Assembly: GCA_963733055.1 (NCBI GenBank)
Contig: CAVTBR010000001.1
Coordinates: 1,248,001-1,312,000 of the forward strand
Length of the DNA: 64,000 nucleotides
Source: Candidatus Bathyarchaeota archaeon
Lineage (GTDB): Archaea > Thermoproteota > Bathyarchaeia > 40CM-2-53-6
Direction of reading: 5' to 3'
Made by a program: the position numbers and the translations under genes. Shown here in pieces: positions 45,529 to 54,931 of the stretch (within the stretch, counting starts at the first letter, position 1; every line of letters starts with the position of its first letter). A model generated the notes under the pieces. The model did not search any database. It saw nothing but the letters and a program-made list of their open reading frames with translations, and was not told where the DNA came from.

Positions 45529-47289
45529 ATTCAGAATAAGATCGTAGAGAACAAACGTCCACGTACTAAGCTCCCTCTATTCCAAGGGTTACTGCCTTTA
45601 GGCAAAGCCGAGATCCCGAAGGACATTCTTGCAGGAGTTACGCTGGCCACTCTCGCTATCCCCGAGGTTATGGGGTACGCGAGAATCGCAGGCACTCCGA
45701 TAATTACCGGTCTCTTTACGATACTTGTTCCGATGGCCTTGTACGCCCTGTTCGGGTCGTCGCGTCACTTGGTGGTCGGGGCGGATTCTGCAACTGCCGC
45801 TGTTTTGGCCGCGGGCTTGGTTGGCATCGCCACGATTGGTTCTCCTGAATACTTGGCCTACGCGGGGTTGCTGGCGTTGATGGTTGGGATTATGCTGATT
45901 GGCGCGCGTTTGGTAAGGTTGGGGTTTCTCGCGGATTTTCTCTCACGAACCGTGTTAGTCGGTTTCCTCGCGGGTGTTGGGGTTCAGGTCGCCATTAGGC
46001 AGATTCCTGATATGCTCGGAATCCCTCCTCACGGTACTGGACCAGTACAGGAACTAGTCACTGATCTCGCGCAGCTATCCAAGCTGAATGCATACGCGTT
46101 AGCAATCTCCCTTGCCGTATTGGTAATGATACTTACCATCCGGAGAATTTCGAGAAAGATTCCGATCGCTTTGATCGCAGTAATTGGCCTAATCGTTGCG
46201 AGCTATACCCTCAACTTAGCCTCCTACGGCGTTGATATGGTTGGGCGAATTCCCGGTGGTCTACCTCAGGTAGGTTTTCCGAATGCACCGATAAGTTGGA
46301 ACATACTTCAACAACTCTTTCCCGCCGCCCTTGCGATGTTCATAATAGTCGTGACCCAAAGTGCGGCCACGTCCCAGGCCTACGCCACTCGTTACAATGA
46401 ACAGTTCGACGAGAACGCCGACCTGATCGGGCTGGCCGTCGCCAACATAGGCGCTGGACTATCTGGAACATTCGTAGTGAATGGCAGCCCAACCAAAACC
46501 GAGATGGTTGACAGCGCCGGCGGTCGCAGCCAACTTGCGCAGCTCACAACAGTTGGCATCGTCGTGGCTGTTCTACTCTTCATAACCGCCCCGCTCTCAT
46601 ACATGCCAATCGCCGTTCTCGCTGCCATCGTTTTCATCATAGCCGCTGAATTGGTTAACGTTAAGGAAATGCGGGAGATCTTCGTGCAGCGCCCAAGTGA
46701 ATTCTGGGTGGCGGTTGCAACTGCCGCAACTGTTGTCCTCGTCGGTGTCGAGCAAGGAATACTCCTCGCAATCGCATTATCCCTCCTCGACCACACCCGG
46801 AGAGGGTATAGGCCTAGCAATAGCTTACTCTCAATTGACGACCGCGAGCACTGGCGATGGGTTCCTACTACGTCGCCCGTCCAATTCCTTCCAGGCGTTA
46901 TTGTGTACCGATTCAACCATAGCATGTACTACGCAAATTGCCAAGGCTTCAAAGAAGAGGTCCTCCGATTAGTGACGGACGCAAATCCACAGGTCTCTTG
47001 TTTCTGCTTGGATGGGTCCGCGATGGATGATGTTGACTTTTCCGCGGCTGCGGCGTTGCGTGAGGTCTACGGAATGTTGAAACAAAGAAGAATCACCCTC
47101 GTCTTGGTCGAGATTCAGGAGAAGGTTTGGACCGAGTTTGGCCGGTACAAGATCACGGAATTGATTGGAAAAGAAAATTCATTCAAGACGATCTACGATT
47201 TTGCGGGCTCCTTCAAGCAGCGAGGAGGTGCCGTCGACAAACCTAATTACGGAACAGAGAATCAATCTTCCAAACCTAGCTTACCCTAG
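45529..47289 (+). CDS. SulP/SLC26 anion transporter with STAS domain; start upstream of first ATG, probably ATT
   Basis: 'DILAGVTLATLAIPEVMGYA' lies mostly upstream of ATG 45670; 'FGSSRHLVVG'; STAS 'DVDFSA'. Confidence 0.9.
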   Translation: MQNKIVENKRPRTKLPLFQGLLPLGKAEIPKDILAGVTLATLAIPEVMGYARIAGTPIITGLFTILVPMALYALFGSSRHLVVGADSATAAVLAAGLVGIATIGSPEYLAYAGLLALMVGIMLIGARLVRLGFLADFLSRTVLVGFLAGVGVQVAIRQIPDMLGIPPHGTGPVQELVTDLAQLSKLNAYALAISLAVLVMILTIRRISRKIPIALIAVIGLIVASYTLNLASYGVDMVGRIPGGLPQVGFPNAPISWNILQQLFPAALAMFIIVVTQSAATSQAYATRYNEQFDENADLIGLAVANIGAGLSGTFVVNGSPTKTEMVDSAGGRSQLAQLTTVGIVVAVLLFITAPLSYMPIAVLAAIVFIIAAELVNVKEMREIFVQRPSEFWVAVATAATVVLVGVEQGILLAIALSLLDHTRRGYRPSNSLLSIDDREHWRWVPTTSPVQFLPGVIVYRFNHSMYYANCQGFKEEVLRLVTDANPQVSCFCLDGSAMDDVDFSAAAALREVYGMLKQRRITLVLVEIQEKVWTEFGRYKITELIGKENSFKTIYDFAGSFKQRGGAVDKPNYGTENQSSKPSLP

Positions 47290-48356
47290 GATCCTTTGCG
47301 CCAATCCTCGTAATCCTCGTGAACTGCCTCGGTCATCTTGACCATTGCTGAATGTAACCAATCATGTTTTCTTCTCGCGAGATCTTGCCGTATATCATTT
47401 ACCGCAGACTTGCTTCCTAAGTGAATGTTTGCAGTTTCAAATCCCATCGCCCCCAGAAGGTGTTCTTCACCAACTCTCTTGGGCAATTCAGTAAGTTCGA
47501 TTCTCGAACAATCTGGGGCAAGCCGGCGAACGAGCCAGCGTCCTCTTACTCGTACGAGTGGATCCGCGGCCCGGCTCGCGGAGTCGAGAATTTCTCCGTA
47601 GAGAATCCTCTTTGAGCCTTTTTGGTCATTGGCCCAAACGAATGCTGACGGAGCCAAAGCTTTCGCTTCACGAGCTATTCGGCCTCCTTCCCACTTGGCA
47701 AGGGCAACAAATCGCTCGCCACCAAGGCTTCCAACTCCTGCCACACGGTGCACGGTCCGGTACGGGTCTTCCGGAAGTAAGCTCTGGAGTGCCTTCCTAG
47801 CGCTCTTGGGAACGTCGCGCACATTAGCTAACTTATCCAGTTTGGCCCAGAAGCGAAAGGCATTTCGAAGCTCCCCCATTGCTGCCTCTCGCAGCCACCT
47901 ATGATGTTCTTCAAGAACGAACGGCACTCCGCCCGCCTTCAAGCCTGCTGTATAACCACCGAGGATTGCCCTGGAGGCACGTGCATTGCTGAGCTTGAGA
48001 TGGCCGGCTTTGATGGCAAGGTTCGCGCTGACCGCCAAGCGGACCAAATCATTGGCATATGACATGAAGTGGGTTTCATCGAAGTCGTTGACTCCCCATA
48101 TCAAACGGCCTTCGCCGTCGCGCCAAGTTCCAAAGTTTTCAACGTGCAGATCGCCCACCGCGAGCACGATCGGCGCTCTCGCTAACTCGGGACAAACGGC
48201 GGGCCAGATTTGAGCCCAACGATAGAAAGTAGCGCGTAGGAATGTGAAGGGGTGTTCCGTCATCAGGACATGCTTTAGGTCCAAATCCGCTTGGACGATA
48301 GGGATTCGTTTCCCAAGCCAATTCTCAAATTTCCTAGTAGCCTTAGAAATCTTCAT
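47286..48356 (-). CDS. DUF2252 family kinase-like protein
   Basis: 'PFTFLRATF', 'GDLHVENFG', 'VNDFDE', 'GVGSLG'. Confidence 0.88.
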   Translation of the reverse strand: MKISKATRKFENWLGKRIPIVQADLDLKHVLMTEHPFTFLRATFYRWAQIWPAVCPELARAPIVLAVGDLHVENFGTWRDGEGRLIWGVNDFDETHFMSYANDLVRLAVSANLAIKAGHLKLSNARASRAILGGYTAGLKAGGVPFVLEEHHRWLREAAMGELRNAFRFWAKLDKLANVRDVPKSARKALQSLLPEDPYRTVHRVAGVGSLGGERFVALAKWEGGRIAREAKALAPSAFVWANDQKGSKRILYGEILDSASRAADPLVRVRGRWLVRRLAPDCSRIELTELPKRVGEEHLLGAMGFETANIHLGSKSAVNDIRQDLARRKHDWLHSAMVKMTEAVHEDYEDWRKGS

Positions 48357-48456
48357 CCCGCATTCATCGCCAACACTATTACGTATCTGTAAACTAGGTG
48401 AATTCCTTAATTATCCTAGCAATAAGTACCCAGTTTCGTCGGTCGGTAGAAGAAAA

Positions 48457-49299
48457 TTGGCTTTCACGGTCGCCCTCGTCTCACGCTTAGATGAACCACG
48501 GGCACTCGAGATCGCAGCGGATCTGGCACGTCAGTTGAGGAAGCGTCGCATTTCGGTGATTGCCGAATCGGAATTGGCTAAGAGAGGCCGGCTGGGCGGC
48601 GGGAAAGATCTAAGCGACCTCAAGGCTGACTTGATGGTTACTGTGGGAGGTGACGGAACCGTTCTGAAGACTGCCATGACGATTCCCGACAAGGAGACGC
48701 CCATCCTAGCTGTGAACATGGGACGGCGAGGCTACCTCACCGAAGTTGAACCCAACAAGGCAGTCTGGGCCGTTCAACAATTCAGTAAAGGCAAGTATCG
48801 GCTTGAGAAACGCGCCAAACTGGCGATTGACATGAACGGTATGAATGTGGTTGATGCGCTTAACGAGCTCGTTGTATCCTCGGGAAGCCCATCCAAGATG
48901 CTTGAACTCATGCTGGGGGTTGATTCTCAACCCCTGTTACAATTCAGAGGAGACGGCGTAATTGTCTCAACTGCAACCGGTTCAACTGCCTACGCGATGT
49001 CAGCCGGTGGGCCTATCGTCGATTCATCCGTCGACGCCTTCGTGATCACCTTCATCTGTCCGCTCGACCTGGTAAGACCAACAGTCTTGTCAATGGAGAG
49101 AAAACTGTCGGTTCAGATGGTTGATCCGAAGTTGAAAGCCCTAGTTGTGGCTGATGGCCGCTTCCAGAGGGAGCTTACGCGCGACGTGAAATTGACCCTC
49201 ACGAAATCGAAGCACTACACAGCTTTCGTTCGACTGGGTCAGGAAACCCCAATGGGAAGTCTAACGCGCCTGCACGAAATGGAGCGCACAAGTTCCTGA
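48457..49299 (+). CDS. nadK: NAD kinase
   Basis: 'GGDGT', 'ALNE', 'DGVIVSTATGSTAYAMSAGGP'; TTG start inferred. Confidence 0.93.
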   Translation: MAFTVALVSRLDEPRALEIAADLARQLRKRRISVIAESELAKRGRLGGGKDLSDLKADLMVTVGGDGTVLKTAMTIPDKETPILAVNMGRRGYLTEVEPNKAVWAVQQFSKGKYRLEKRAKLAIDMNGMNVVDALNELVVSSGSPSKMLELMLGVDSQPLLQFRGDGVIVSTATGSTAYAMSAGGPIVDSSVDAFVITFICPLDLVRPTVLSMERKLSVQMVDPKLKALVVADGRFQRELTRDVKLTLTKSKHYTAFVRLGQETPMGSLTRLHEMERTSS

Positions 49300-49823
49300 A
49301 AGTTCTCGTTCTGGATACGTCCGCCCTCATCATGGGACTCGATCCGCTCGGCCTAGAATTCGATAGTTATTCAGTGCCTGAGGTTGCTGAGGAACTCCGC
49401 CAGCAGACCGGACCATCGTACAGGTTAACGGTATCAAGCTCTTCAGGGAAAATGAAAATCAAAGCCCCCACCTCTACTTCCCTAACCGAAGTCTTCGCCA
49501 GAGCAACAAAGCTCGGCGACAAAGTTGTCCTCTCCAAGACAGATACAAGCATCCTTGCCTTGGCCCTGGACCTCAGCAAGGAGGGCTTGGCCCCCGTAAT
49601 TGTGAGCGACGATTACGCCGTTCAGAACGTTGCGGAATCTCTCAGCCTAGCCTACCAGTCATTAGCTACCATTGGTATTCGCCAGAAATTCAACTGGGTT
49701 CTCTATTGCCCAGCCTGCTACAGAAAATATCCAACTGGCGATACCGAGGTCTGCTTGGTCTGCGGCACGAGACTGAAACGGAAACCGCTCACGAAAGAGC
49801 CGACCAAGCAGCGAAGCAGCTAA
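49296..49823 (+). CDS. nob1: Nob1 rRNA-processing PIN endonuclease with zinc ribbon, CTG start
   Basis: (CTG)KVLVLDTSALIMG, 'LSKTD', 'SDDYAVQNVA', 'CPAC...CLVCG'. Confidence 0.9.
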   Translation: MKVLVLDTSALIMGLDPLGLEFDSYSVPEVAEELRQQTGPSYRLTVSSSSGKMKIKAPTSTSLTEVFARATKLGDKVVLSKTDTSILALALDLSKEGLAPVIVSDDYAVQNVAESLSLAYQSLATIGIRQKFNWVLYCPACYRKYPTGDTEVCLVCGTRLKRKPLTKEPTKQRSS

Positions 49824-49827
49824 CGGT

Positions 49828-50835
49828 TTAGGACTCCTGCTGTGGTTGCATTTTCGGGTTTATTCTCCGAGCGTAGTCAAATAGATACAACTGCGCGTAA
49901 CCCGCCCACTCTCGATAACGCTCACGCAGAAATCTAGCAGTCTTTAACCTGCTGACCTTTCTACCGCGGAAGTATAACTTCGTAACAACTCTGTGAATCC
50001 ACACGTCCACTGGCGCGGCCTCAAGACTCCCAGCCCCATAGAGTAGAAAACAGTCGGCAACCTTTGGGCCAACGCCCGGGAGTTCAAGAAGGGAGGTCAT
50101 CGCATCTTCATAGGTCTGCTTCGTTAACTCGGTCAAATCGAGTTCACCGTTAACCACCATTCGCGAAACCTGCACAACAGGCTTGGCTCGATACCCCATC
50201 GACGTTTTTGATCTGAGCGTCCTCGGATTCAACTTAGCAAGCACTTCTACTTCTGGGAAGAGAAACGATGAAGAACCGTCCGGGAAGCTTACTCGCGGAC
50301 CAAAGTATTGCATCATAAGGCGAGCCGTCCGATTCCATAACCTTACAGAATTATTCTGTGAGAGAATTGAACAGATCAAGGCCTCATAGAGATCTGCGCC
50401 ACGCATCAAACGTAGGCCCCGTAGTTTCTTGAAGGTTGAAGACAACGGTTCATTTTCATCGGCGAATTTCTGGTAGAACGAGGTCACATCATCTTTCAGG
50501 CCGAGAACGTGTTCGAGATGTTTCTTCAAATCCTCAACGATTCTATCGTCCCAAGAAGTTGCCATCGCTTGAACCTTCAGAACGAAGGCGTCCACGTCAC
50601 CGGATTGGTTCACAGTGTACTTCACTGGGATGCCGTTCAGGACTTCAACATCAGTGAAGGATGTGCCTTCCTTGAGCCACTCTGGTTCACAAGTTTGCGC
50701 GCTGAGCTCGGTCTCCGCAAGGTTCAGGGGACCATTGATTTCGCCGGATGGAATCTCAAATGAGTACGCTGGGGGAAGCATTGCGGAGCGGCCACTCGTG
50801 TCATTTGCGCCCTTTGGGGCATTGAGCCGCTGCAA
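49828..50835 (-). CDS. HhH-GPD DNA glycosylase, OGG1-like
   Basis: 'ICSILSQNN', 'GYRAK', 'LPGVGPKVADC', 'PVDVW', 'AGYAQLYLF'. Confidence 0.88.
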   Translation of the reverse strand: MQRLNAPKGANDTSGRSAMLPPAYSFEIPSGEINGPLNLAETELSAQTCEPEWLKEGTSFTDVEVLNGIPVKYTVNQSGDVDAFVLKVQAMATSWDDRIVEDLKKHLEHVLGLKDDVTSFYQKFADENEPLSSTFKKLRGLRLMRGADLYEALICSILSQNNSVRLWNRTARLMMQYFGPRVSFPDGSSSFLFPEVEVLAKLNPRTLRSKTSMGYRAKPVVQVSRMVVNGELDLTELTKQTYEDAMTSLLELPGVGPKVADCFLLYGAGSLEAAPVDVWIHRVVTKLYFRGRKVSRLKTARFLRERYREWAGYAQLYLFDYARRINPKMQPQQES

Positions 50836-50897
50836 GCGAACCTACGTCTTATAAGAGATCGTAAAATCATAAGAATCATCGGGTTGTAGGTTGTCGA

Positions 50898-51509
50898 ATG
50901 ATTCCGCATGAATTAGTGAAGAAGGCTCAGGAGCTTAAGTCGAAAGGTCTCTCAAACTATGACATAGCCGATGAATTGAAAGTTCAACCGGATACGGTCG
51001 TCTGGTTGCTACTCAAGGGGAAGGAACGAGCGGCGATACATCCCCCCCACGATGTATTTGTCGACTGGAGTTCTCTCGCATCGCACGCGAAACGTATGTC
51101 GGCGGTCGCCGAGGCATTGGCTAATTTGGCGAAGGAATCCGTTCGTGCATCGGAGTTCAGTGAGCCGGATGTGGTTGCCGCGATTGAGGGGAGCGGGATG
51201 GTTTTGGGTGTCGAAATCGCAAAAGAGCTCGATAAGCCATTCGCAGTTGTGAGACCGCACCGAGTTGCTCAAAGAAAACTCCCGGGCCTGGTTAATCCCT
51301 CATTTCACAGTGTTGCGGGAAAGAAAGTTCTGATTGCGGATGCCGTGTTGCGAGCGGGTGAAACTCACAAGGCGGCCATCCAAACCCTGCGGAAGGCTAA
51401 GGCGAAACCCGTGGGCATTCTCGTTTTGGTAAATAAGAGCGGAAAGACCAGGATCGAGGGAGTTCCGTTGAAGTCCTTGCTGCAAATCCTACCCGTCACT
51501 ATGCCTTGA
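50898..51509 (+). CDS. gfcR: HTH plus PRTase-fold regulator (GfcR/orotate PRTase-like)
   Basis: 'IADELKVQPDTVVWLL', 'DVFVDWS', degenerate PRPP motif 'ADAVLRAG'. Confidence 0.75.
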   Translation: MIPHELVKKAQELKSKGLSNYDIADELKVQPDTVVWLLLKGKERAAIHPPHDVFVDWSSLASHAKRMSAVAEALANLAKESVRASEFSEPDVVAAIEGSGMVLGVEIAKELDKPFAVVRPHRVAQRKLPGLVNPSFHSVAGKKVLIADAVLRAGETHKAAIQTLRKAKAKPVGILVLVNKSGKTRIEGVPLKSLLQILPVTMP

Positions 51510-51581
51510 ATCTTCGTCGCTCGCGTTTCAGACAATTATTCGGAAGGCACCGATTGAGGGCTTTCCGAGTTAGATCTTCGC

Positions 51582-52010
51582 GTGACCCCGCCGAACTTCG
51601 CTAAGTGGATGATCCTGTTACTGGCAGTGCACCTACTAGTCCCTAGCATCCATTACTTTGGGTCAAACCCAAGCCTAGTACTGTCATGGTTCGCGTTCGA
51701 TTGGTATGCGGGGCAGGGATGGATAGTGTTCATCCAATACGCCTTCGTCGGAGTCCCTGCCTTCGTCTTCATAGGGCTTGCAGCCATACTGCCGATACTC
51801 CTGCTAGGTGTACTCATTCTTCGGTCTAAGATAGGTCGCCGAGACCACGCGATAGCATGTTTAGTCTTGGGAAGTCTGCTGTTAGCGATTTACCTCAACG
51901 GTTGGTTCTTCTACACGTGGCCAATCCCGTATCAGCCAGTCCAAACCGTCTCGATAGCGCTTGTAACCCTTCTCGCGTTCAAGTACTGGCGGCGATCTCT
52001 ACCGGGTTAG
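51582..52010 (+). CDS. Hypothetical membrane protein
   Basis: 4 hydrophobic segments. Confidence 0.6.
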   Translation: MTPPNFAKWMILLLAVHLLVPSIHYFGSNPSLVLSWFAFDWYAGQGWIVFIQYAFVGVPAFVFIGLAAILPILLLGVLILRSKIGRRDHAIACLVLGSLLLAIYLNGWFFYTWPIPYQPVQTVSIALVTLLAFKYWRRSLPG

Positions 52011-52136
52011 TTTTCTGCCGAACCTCATCAGGCTTCTGCCAACGCTCCGGCGAGCGGCACGTGCGCCCTTCTTCAATTTCTTTTGTGTCTTTGAAGTCCT
52101 GCTACCCTTTCTTCTCTTCCGTCTGCGTCTGGCCAT
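51999..52136 (-). CDS. Highly basic protamine-like microprotein, 45 aa (not in ORF track)
   Basis: MARRRRKRRKGSRTSKTQKKLKKGARAARRSVGRSLMRFGRKLTR; TATA-like TTAATTA upstream. Confidence 0.65.
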   Translation of the reverse strand: MARRRRKRRKGSRTSKTQKKLKKGARAARRSVGRSLMRFGRKLTR

Positions 52137-52150
52137 AGCAAATACCCGGA

Positions 52151-52169
52151 TAGAACATGTCACGTTCTA
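52151..52169. promoter_or_regulatory. Palindrome TAGAACATG-T-CACGTTCTA between TATA box and basic-peptide start
   Basis: 9-1-9 inverted repeat with one mismatch. Confidence 0.45.
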
Positions 52170-52213
52170 GTAATTAACAGCTACCAGATGGGGTGTGCGT
52201 TCGGGCTAATTCT

Positions 52214-54865
52214 TCATCGAAAGATACGGGTCTCAATTAGTTGTAAGAGTTTTCGAGATGTGAGTACGGCCGCGAGTAGTAGGGTTGAGAGGGCTGTTGT
52301 TGCGCTCGCCACTATCATGAGCGGAGAGGAGGTTGCGAGCTCAGCAATAGCAACCGCAGAGAGTGACACCACTAAAATTATCCCAAGAACCCTCTGGGCG
52401 TTCTTCGAGTTTCTCCTCAGCTTCGGAGCGTATCTAAACAGCAATGCCAGCGGCAACGCGAGATATGCGACACCGATTAGCGAGCTGACGAGTAGGCCTG
52501 AGAGGACGCCTGCAATTTCTTGGTGGGCAGGTAGCACGCTGAAAGGTAGCGCGCCGAACCTGAGAATTGCAATTAGCGGGTAGAGGAATAACCTCATGCC
52601 GTATTGGAATGTTGGGTGTTGGGTTATGGATTGTGCGACGGTTGGGCTGAACGAATAGTACCAGGCGTTGAAGGCGATCATGAAGTTCCACCCAACGAAT
52701 GTGTTCATGATTTGTCGGTCTCGGAAACTTCTGAGGAATTGAACGTCGGGAGCCATCGTAGATCCGTAGGTGGCCGTGGCGATGAGGCATGTCGGTGCGG
52801 GTGGACTCGTTGATGTTGAGCTTGAGCTGGAGCTCGTGCTCGTTGTTACTGCAGAACCTGAGATTTGCACTGTGATTGGCGTTTTGTGAATAAGCGCTCC
52901 GCTGCTTCCTATCAAGTCGAGTGTGTATGTTCCAGTTGAGGCTCCGGGTGATGCGGTTACTGTTAGTGTTGATGTGGCAACGGTGTTTGGTTGGGGTGTT
53001 ATGGGGCTTGGTAGGTTGAAGCTTACTCCGGCGGGGCCTGGAAGAAGCCAAGAAGCCGACAACGCCACTGTAGAGCTGAACCCACTCTGTGAAAGGACGG
53101 CGATTACCGAGGTTCCGGTTGCTCCTTGACCGATTGAGATCGCGTTAGGCCCAGCTACTACTGTGAAGTCTGATGTCTCCGCTTCGTTAACCGTTACCGT
53201 AATGCTAGTCGTGTGAGATAACGATCCACCGGTTCCAATTATCGGAACTGTATATGTTCCTGTCCCGACGGTTCCCGCCGCTGTAATCGTTACTTGAGTG
53301 GTTGTCCGCCCAGCGACCGGTGGTGTTAGGGGGTTTGTTGCGAAGCTAACACTCAACCCGCTCGCGGCTGAGGCTGAAAGGGTTACCGGTGACGAGAACG
53401 TTCCGGAAGATTGTATGGTGAGGGTTGAGCTTGCGGCCGAGCCTTGGATCATTGTCAGAGTTGTTGGTGAAAGGGAGAGGCTGAAGTCGCCCGCGCCTGT
53501 GAGGATCTGTACCCCAATGTTCGTGCTAGTACTCAGCGAGCCGCTGGTACCCACCAGGCTCAACAGGTAGTTGCCGACGGACGCGCTCGACGAGGCTGTC
53601 AGAGTAAGTGTTCCAGATGCTGCACCGTTCGGGGGCGGCGTCAACGTCCCAGGCCCTGTAACGGTGATACCTGTCGGAGTCGGACCGACCCAAGATGCAT
53701 ATGTGTTAACAGGCGACGAGAAACCGTTGACCGAGGACACACCCATCTTAACCGACCCAGACCCAGCTTGAGAAAGCGCGATTGATCCCGAAGAGGATGA
53801 AAGCGAGAAGCCTGGCTGTGCCGCTTGGGAAATTGTTATCGTGAATGTTGTGCCGTGGCTTAGGCTACCGCTTGTACCCAATACCTGGAAATTGAACGTT
53901 CCAGCGCCTGCTGAGGCTGCGACATTGATGGACATTGTCGAACTTCCAGGAGCGATGGGGTTCGGGGAGAAACCGACCTGAACACCTGAAGGCACGCCGT
54001 TACTCGTGGAAAGACCGACAGGTGCGGAAAACCCGCCAATCGCGCTCACGATCACGGTAGCGGTCGTAGAACCGCCCTGCTGTATATTGATGCTCGATGG
54101 GTTAACGGTTATCGTGAAGTCCTGGGGAGAAGACACTTGGAGGTTCAGTTGGGTGGAGTGTTGGATTATGTAGCTGCTGCTTCCGGACCCACTTATCGTA
54201 AGCGGGTAAGATCCAGCTTGGACGGAGTTCGCTACAGAGATGCTCACTGAAGAATCCGCTGAACCGCCAGCAGGTGGGGTGGGGGTGCTGGGGGAGAAAC
54301 TGACACTGACTCCCGACGGCTGGCCGCTTGACGAAAGGGTTACTGGGCCGGCGAAACCGTTGATCGAGGTTATGGTGACGGTGGCTGTTCCCATGCCACC
54401 CGCTTGAGCGGTAACAGACTGCGGAGAGACTGAAATTCCGAAATCTCCTGGCACGATTATAGCCGTGACCTGTAGGCTGAAATCGTAATTCTTAACGTCA
54501 GAACCGCTTGAGCCAACCAACGTCATTTGATAAGTGGAAGCGGGCACGCTGGGGTCGACGCTCACGTAGGCCGTGCTGGAGTCGCCACCGCCCGGAGGAG
54601 GTGTCACCGGGTTATTACTGAAATTAATTGAAACTCCAATCGGCGCCCCGGAGAAGGATAGGGAAACGGGTGCGCTGAAGTTGTTTATCGAAGTCACCGT
54701 GATCTCAACTGTGCCGGAATCGCCTTGCGCGACACTTAGGGTCGTGGGGGAGTAGTTCATGGTGAATGTGTCAAGCAGCTGCGCTTTCACTGCAACGTGA
54801 GGCGTGGTTGACAAGACAAGTAACAGGCCGATTATGAGGAGGAAACTTTTCGTGAGCTTGCTCAT
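52214..54865 (-). CDS. Large surface protein with about 6 Ig-like repeats and CFI-box-CTERM domain
   Basis: Signal peptide; repeats 'DF.ISVSP.S....QG...T.T.T'; 'CLIATATYGS..AP.VQFLR.FRD' and C-terminal TMs. Confidence 0.85.
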   Translation of the reverse strand: MSKLTKSFLLIIGLLLVLSTTPHVAVKAQLLDTFTMNYSPTTLSVAQGDSGTVEITVTSINNFSAPVSLSFSGAPIGVSINFSNNPVTPPPGGGDSSTAYVSVDPSVPASTYQMTLVGSSGSDVKNYDFSLQVTAIIVPGDFGISVSPQSVTAQAGGMGTATVTITSINGFAGPVTLSSSGQPSGVSVSFSPSTPTPPAGGSADSSVSISVANSVQAGSYPLTISGSGSSSYIIQHSTQLNLQVSSPQDFTITVNPSSINIQQGGSTTATVIVSAIGGFSAPVGLSTSNGVPSGVQVGFSPNPIAPGSSTMSINVAASAGAGTFNFQVLGTSGSLSHGTTFTITISQAAQPGFSLSSSSGSIALSQAGSGSVKMGVSSVNGFSSPVNTYASWVGPTPTGITVTGPGTLTPPPNGAASGTLTLTASSSASVGNYLLSLVGTSGSLSTSTNIGVQILTGAGDFSLSLSPTTLTMIQGSAASSTLTIQSSGTFSSPVTLSASAASGLSVSFATNPLTPPVAGRTTTQVTITAAGTVGTGTYTVPIIGTGGSLSHTTSITVTVNEAETSDFTVVAGPNAISIGQGATGTSVIAVLSQSGFSSTVALSASWLLPGPAGVSFNLPSPITPQPNTVATSTLTVTASPGASTGTYTLDLIGSSGALIHKTPITVQISGSAVTTSTSSSSSSTSTSPPAPTCLIATATYGSTMAPDVQFLRSFRDRQIMNTFVGWNFMIAFNAWYYSFSPTVAQSITQHPTFQYGMRLFLYPLIAILRFGALPFSVLPAHQEIAGVLSGLLVSSLIGVAYLALPLALLFRYAPKLRRNSKNAQRVLGIILVVSLSAVAIAELATSSPLMIVASATTALSTLLLAAVLTSRKLLQLIETRIFR

Positions 54866-54931
54866 ATCAAACCGCTTTACGCCATCATTACCGCAAAGCT
54901 CAGTATATGACCATTGTCATATTACATCTAT

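Noticed and set aside
48244-48456. Long N-terminal extension of NAD kinase in the ORF track
   Set aside because: Overlaps the divergent DUF2252 gene; TTG 48457 gives a normal-length enzyme
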